Source: Vicinamibacteria bacterium
GTDB taxonomy: Bacteria; Acidobacteriota; Vicinamibacteria; Marinacidobacterales; Marinacidobacteraceae
Length of the DNA: 64,000 bases
Direction of reading: 5' to 3'
Assembly: GCA_963555995.3 (NCBI GenBank)
Contig: OY821641.1
Span: 352,001-416,000 of the forward strand
Shown here: piece after piece, positions 61,215 through 64,000 of the stretch
Numbering within the stretch: the stretch's first letter is position 1
Layout of the letters: every line of letters begins with the position of its first letter
The notes under the pieces: generated by a model
What the model saw: the letters and a program-made list of their open reading frames with translations, nothing else
Told to the model about the DNA's origin: nothing
Database searches by the model: none
Program-made: the position numbers and the translations under genes

Positions 61215-61268
61215 AAAGTGTCCAGTTTTCAGATCCCATTTCTGTCCACTTTTCGAATCCCATTGACA
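61215..61268. mobile_element. IS21-family terminal repeat remnant
   Basis: Ends in ...CATTGACA (TGTCA on the minus strand) with two internal repeats, TGTCCAGTTTTCAGATCCCATT and TGTCCACTTTTCGAATCCCATT. Confidence 0.65.
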
Positions 61269-61430
61269 GGTCCGTCTCGCCGCCCGCCTTCGGCGGGCTG
61301 TGCCGGCTGAAGCCGGCGCTCCAAGCCGCTTCGCCGTTTTCGCGACCGGTGGGGTGTGCAGGAGCACCGATCATGGGCGTTTCGCGCTCCCGCGCGATGC
61401 CGGTCGGAGACCGGCGCTCCGAACCGGCGG
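61269..61430. repeat. Half REPIN plus REP
   Basis: 61269-61328 is near-identical to 63919-63978; 61372-61425 resembles the reverse complement of 39130-39183. Confidence 0.85.
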
Positions 61431-61598
61431 CGCCATCCGGGCTGGTGGCGCAGCGCCTCGGCTACCTGCTGCATCGAGTCGGCGCGTCGGACCGGGAGCC
61501 ACCGCTTGACGGCCACATCGGCAGCCGGGAACTGTGGCCCCGGTCGGGGACCGTAGAATTCCCCGCGAACCGGAACAGGATTCGTAGGCGGTCCAGAG

Positions 61599-62786
61599 TT
61601 GAAGAACATCACCAGTATTCGCCTGAACGGGTTCCTTTCGTTCGCGCCGGAAACGACCGCCCTGGGCCTGGAGCGCCTCAACGTGTTGATCGGCCCCAAC
61701 GCGTCGGGGAAGTCCAATCTCATCGAGGCTTTCGAACTGCTCCGTTCGACGCCGACCGATTTCGCCGCCGCGATCCGGGACGGAGGAGGCCCCCGCGAAT
61801 GGATCTGGAAGGGGCGTCCGCGCGCGGGGTCCGCCACCATCGAAGTCGAGTTCTCCGACCGGAATCCGGCGGGGCGGCCGCTCCGCTACCGGCTGGAGTT
61901 CTCGACGGTCCAAAACCGCGTCGAGGTACTGGACGAGGCGATCGAGAACTGCACTCCCGACCCTGGGAAGACCGACGTCTTCTTCTACTACCGCTTCCAG
62001 CGTGGCGATCCGGTGATTAACGTCCGGGAGTCCGGCGGGAACGCGGCAGGAGCGACGCGCCGCCTGAAACGCGAGGATTTCCGGCCGAACCAGTCCGTGC
62101 TCGCCCAGCGAAGGGACCCGGACCTCTATCCCGAGGTCACCTGGGTCGGCGAGGAGTTCCGGCGCATCCAGATGTTCCGGGAATGGACGTTCGGACGATT
62201 TGTCAACTTGAGGACTCCGCAACCGGCCGATCTGCCGGGGGGCCTCCTGCTGCCCGACGCGAGCAATCTCGCCCTGGTGCTGAACGAGATCGAGCACCGC
62301 GACGGCAGTCGTTTCAACGAGTTGCTCCGCCGCTTCTTTCCCCGCTTTCAGCGGATGACCACGCGCGTCGAAGGCGGCACGGTCCAGTTCTATCTGCACG
62401 AGTCCGACTTCGACGCGCCCATCCCGGCCACGCGCCTTTCCGACGGGACGATCCGGTTCATCGCGATCCTCGCCACCCTGCTCGCCTCGTCCCCGCCCCC
62501 CTTCGTCTGCATCGAGGAGCCCGAACTCGGCCTCCACCCCGACGCCGTCGCCCAGGTCGGCGATCTGCTGATCGCGGCGTCCGAGCGGATGCAGCTTCTG
62601 GTGACGACCCATTCCGAGTCCCTGGTCTCCGCGCTCACCGGCTGTCCCGATGCGGTGATCGCGTGCGAACGGCCTGCCGGCGCCACAAAGCTGCGCCGCC
62701 TGGACCCCGAAGCGCTCCAGCACTGGTTTGACGACTACCGCCTCGGTGACCTGTGGGGCATGGGAGAGCTCGGGGCGTATCCGTGA
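61599..62786 (+). CDS. ABC-type AAA ATPase (AAA_21/SMC-like)
   Basis: LIGPNASGKSN, LSDGT, CIEEPELGLHP and VTTHS. Confidence 0.92.
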   Translation: MKNITSIRLNGFLSFAPETTALGLERLNVLIGPNASGKSNLIEAFELLRSTPTDFAAAIRDGGGPREWIWKGRPRAGSATIEVEFSDRNPAGRPLRYRLEFSTVQNRVEVLDEAIENCTPDPGKTDVFFYYRFQRGDPVINVRESGGNAAGATRRLKREDFRPNQSVLAQRRDPDLYPEVTWVGEEFRRIQMFREWTFGRFVNLRTPQPADLPGGLLLPDASNLALVLNEIEHRDGSRFNELLRRFFPRFQRMTTRVEGGTVQFYLHESDFDAPIPATRLSDGTIRFIAILATLLASSPPPFVCIEEPELGLHPDAVAQVGDLLIAASERMQLLVTTHSESLVSALTGCPDAVIACERPAGATKLRRLDPEALQHWFDDYRLGDLWGMGELGAYP

Positions 62787-63406
62787 GCGGAATCGCGGTC
62801 TATCTCGAAGGCGGAGGGGACGGTCGGGCGACGAAGGAGGCGCTTCGCCGGGGGATGGACTCCTTCCTGGGCGTGCTGCGCACCGAGGCGCGGGCGCAGG
62901 GATGGAACTGGAAGGTGGTGGCGTGCGGCGGACGGGAGCAGGCGTTCACCGCGTGGGCATGGCGCGGACCCGACGCCGGGTACCCGATTCGCCTGCTCCT
63001 TGTGGATGCCGAGGAGCCCGTCTCGGGGGGATTCGCCGATCACCTGGCCAACCGGCGGGAGGACCAATGGCCGGTTTCTGCCGCCGACGAAGACCGGGTG
63101 CACCTCATGGTGCAGGTCATGGAAACGTGGATCGTGGCGGATGCCTCGGCCCTGTCCTCCTACTACGGAAAGGGCTTCCGCCGGGAAGCGCTGCCCACCG
63201 ACGGGCAGCTTGAAGGCGTCCGGAAATACGACATCGCGGCGGCGCTCCGAAACGCGACCCAGGCGACGGGGCCGGGGCGCTATCACAAGACCCGGCACGC
63301 TCCGGACCTGCTCGCCGGGATCAATCCGGACGAGGTGCGCCGGCGCTGCCCCGCCTGCGACCGATTGTTCCAAACGATCCGTGCGCTCCTGCGCCGCCGG
63401 GGATGA
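62783..63406 (+). CDS. DUF4276-like TOPRIM-fold protein
   Basis: YLEGGGD, VVACGGR, LLVDAE, MVQVMETWIVAD and YHKTRH. Confidence 0.85.
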   Translation: MSGIAVYLEGGGDGRATKEALRRGMDSFLGVLRTEARAQGWNWKVVACGGREQAFTAWAWRGPDAGYPIRLLLVDAEEPVSGGFADHLANRREDQWPVSAADEDRVHLMVQVMETWIVADASALSSYYGKGFRREALPTDGQLEGVRKYDIAAALRNATQATGPGRYHKTRHAPDLLAGINPDEVRRRCPACDRLFQTIRALLRRRG

Positions 63407-63471
63407 CCCCGGCGTAGAGTTGCCAGCACCGGCTGGACGCGGATGGGGCGTCCACGCGCGAGGAGCCACGC

Positions 63472-63735
63472 ATGAACACCGAGGAATCCATGGCGCTGGT
63501 GCTGGCGGCGGAGGAATTCCTGGAGGTGCATCGCGACGAACTGGTCCGGCGGTACGGGGACAAGATGCTGGTGATCCGGGACGCAAAGGTCCACGGCGCC
63601 TACGCCACGTTTGACGAGGCGGTCCGGGCCGGATACACGAAGTTCGATGCGGAACCGTTTCTGGTCAGGGCCGCCATCGCGGATCGGCCGTCCGTCGCGC
63701 CGCCCGCCCACCTGGAAGCGTTGGGGCTCCTGTGA
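63472..63735 (+). CDS. Small DUF5678-like protein
   Basis: GAGGAG RBS; ELVRRYGDKMLVIRDAKVHGAYATFDEAVRAGY..PFLVR. Confidence 0.65.
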   Translation: MNTEESMALVLAAEEFLEVHRDELVRRYGDKMLVIRDAKVHGAYATFDEAVRAGYTKFDAEPFLVRAAIADRPSVAPPAHLEALGLL

Positions 63736-63810
63736 GCGGCCGGACGATCCGGTTCGAGTCGAGAGAGGACCTGCAGCAGCGGGGGCCGGAAACAGCCGTG
63801 ATGGCGCTAT

Positions 63811-63978
63811 CGGCTTGGAGCGCCGGCTTCAGCCGGCACAGTGGCCAGCGGGGCCGCGGGCGGTTCGTTGCTGCCTCGGGTGGATTGGCGCGCGCACCCG
63901 CGCCATCCCGGCGAACGAGGTCCGTGTCGCCGCCCGCCTTCGGCGGGCTGTGCCGGCTGAAGCCGGCGTTCCAAGCCG
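63811..63978. repeat. REPIN-like element with 31-bp inverted REP ends
   Basis: CGGCTTGGAGCGCCGGCTTCAGCCGGCACAG ... CTGTGCCGGCTGAAGCCGGCGTTCCAAGCCG (1 mismatch). Confidence 0.88.
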
Positions 63979-64000
63979 TTTCGGCATTCTCATGACGGGC

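Overview
GC-rich bacterial chromosomal window in which housekeeping or metabolic genes alternate with defence and toxin-antitoxin cargo. Housekeeping genes include partial ccmE, gltA, ispG, pxpA/pxpBC, a tesA-ybbA-ybbP-like cluster, msrP, a pgi-like gene, an alkA-like gene and a 28-aa ribosomal protein THX that the ORF track misses. The main defence island (about 2.4-17.1 kb) holds a Phd/VapC pair, a Fic protein and a type I R-M operon. Its hsdM-hsdS interval carries an AlbA_2/Schlafen-like protein and two HEPN proteins, and its HsdS is fused to an intact minimal nucleotidyltransferase (MNT). This possible R-M-coupled HEPN/MNT guard is the best candidate for an undescribed system. An IS1182-family element with a TTAA duplication lies between hsdS and hsdR. 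A second defence region (about 53-63.7 kb) has paired ATPases, a non-coding 32-bp tandem array, a type IIG R-M enzyme and an ATPase+TOPRIM-like pair; another such pair sits at 24-25.7 kb. Intergenic DNA is dense in a REP/REPIN-like palindrome family with covarying stems. Degenerate copies of gene 3' ends (gltA, an ATPase) bound some cargo cassettes, and a promoter/leader cassette is shared by two coiled-coil membrane protein loci. All family assignments come from motif recognition by eye; no database search was run.
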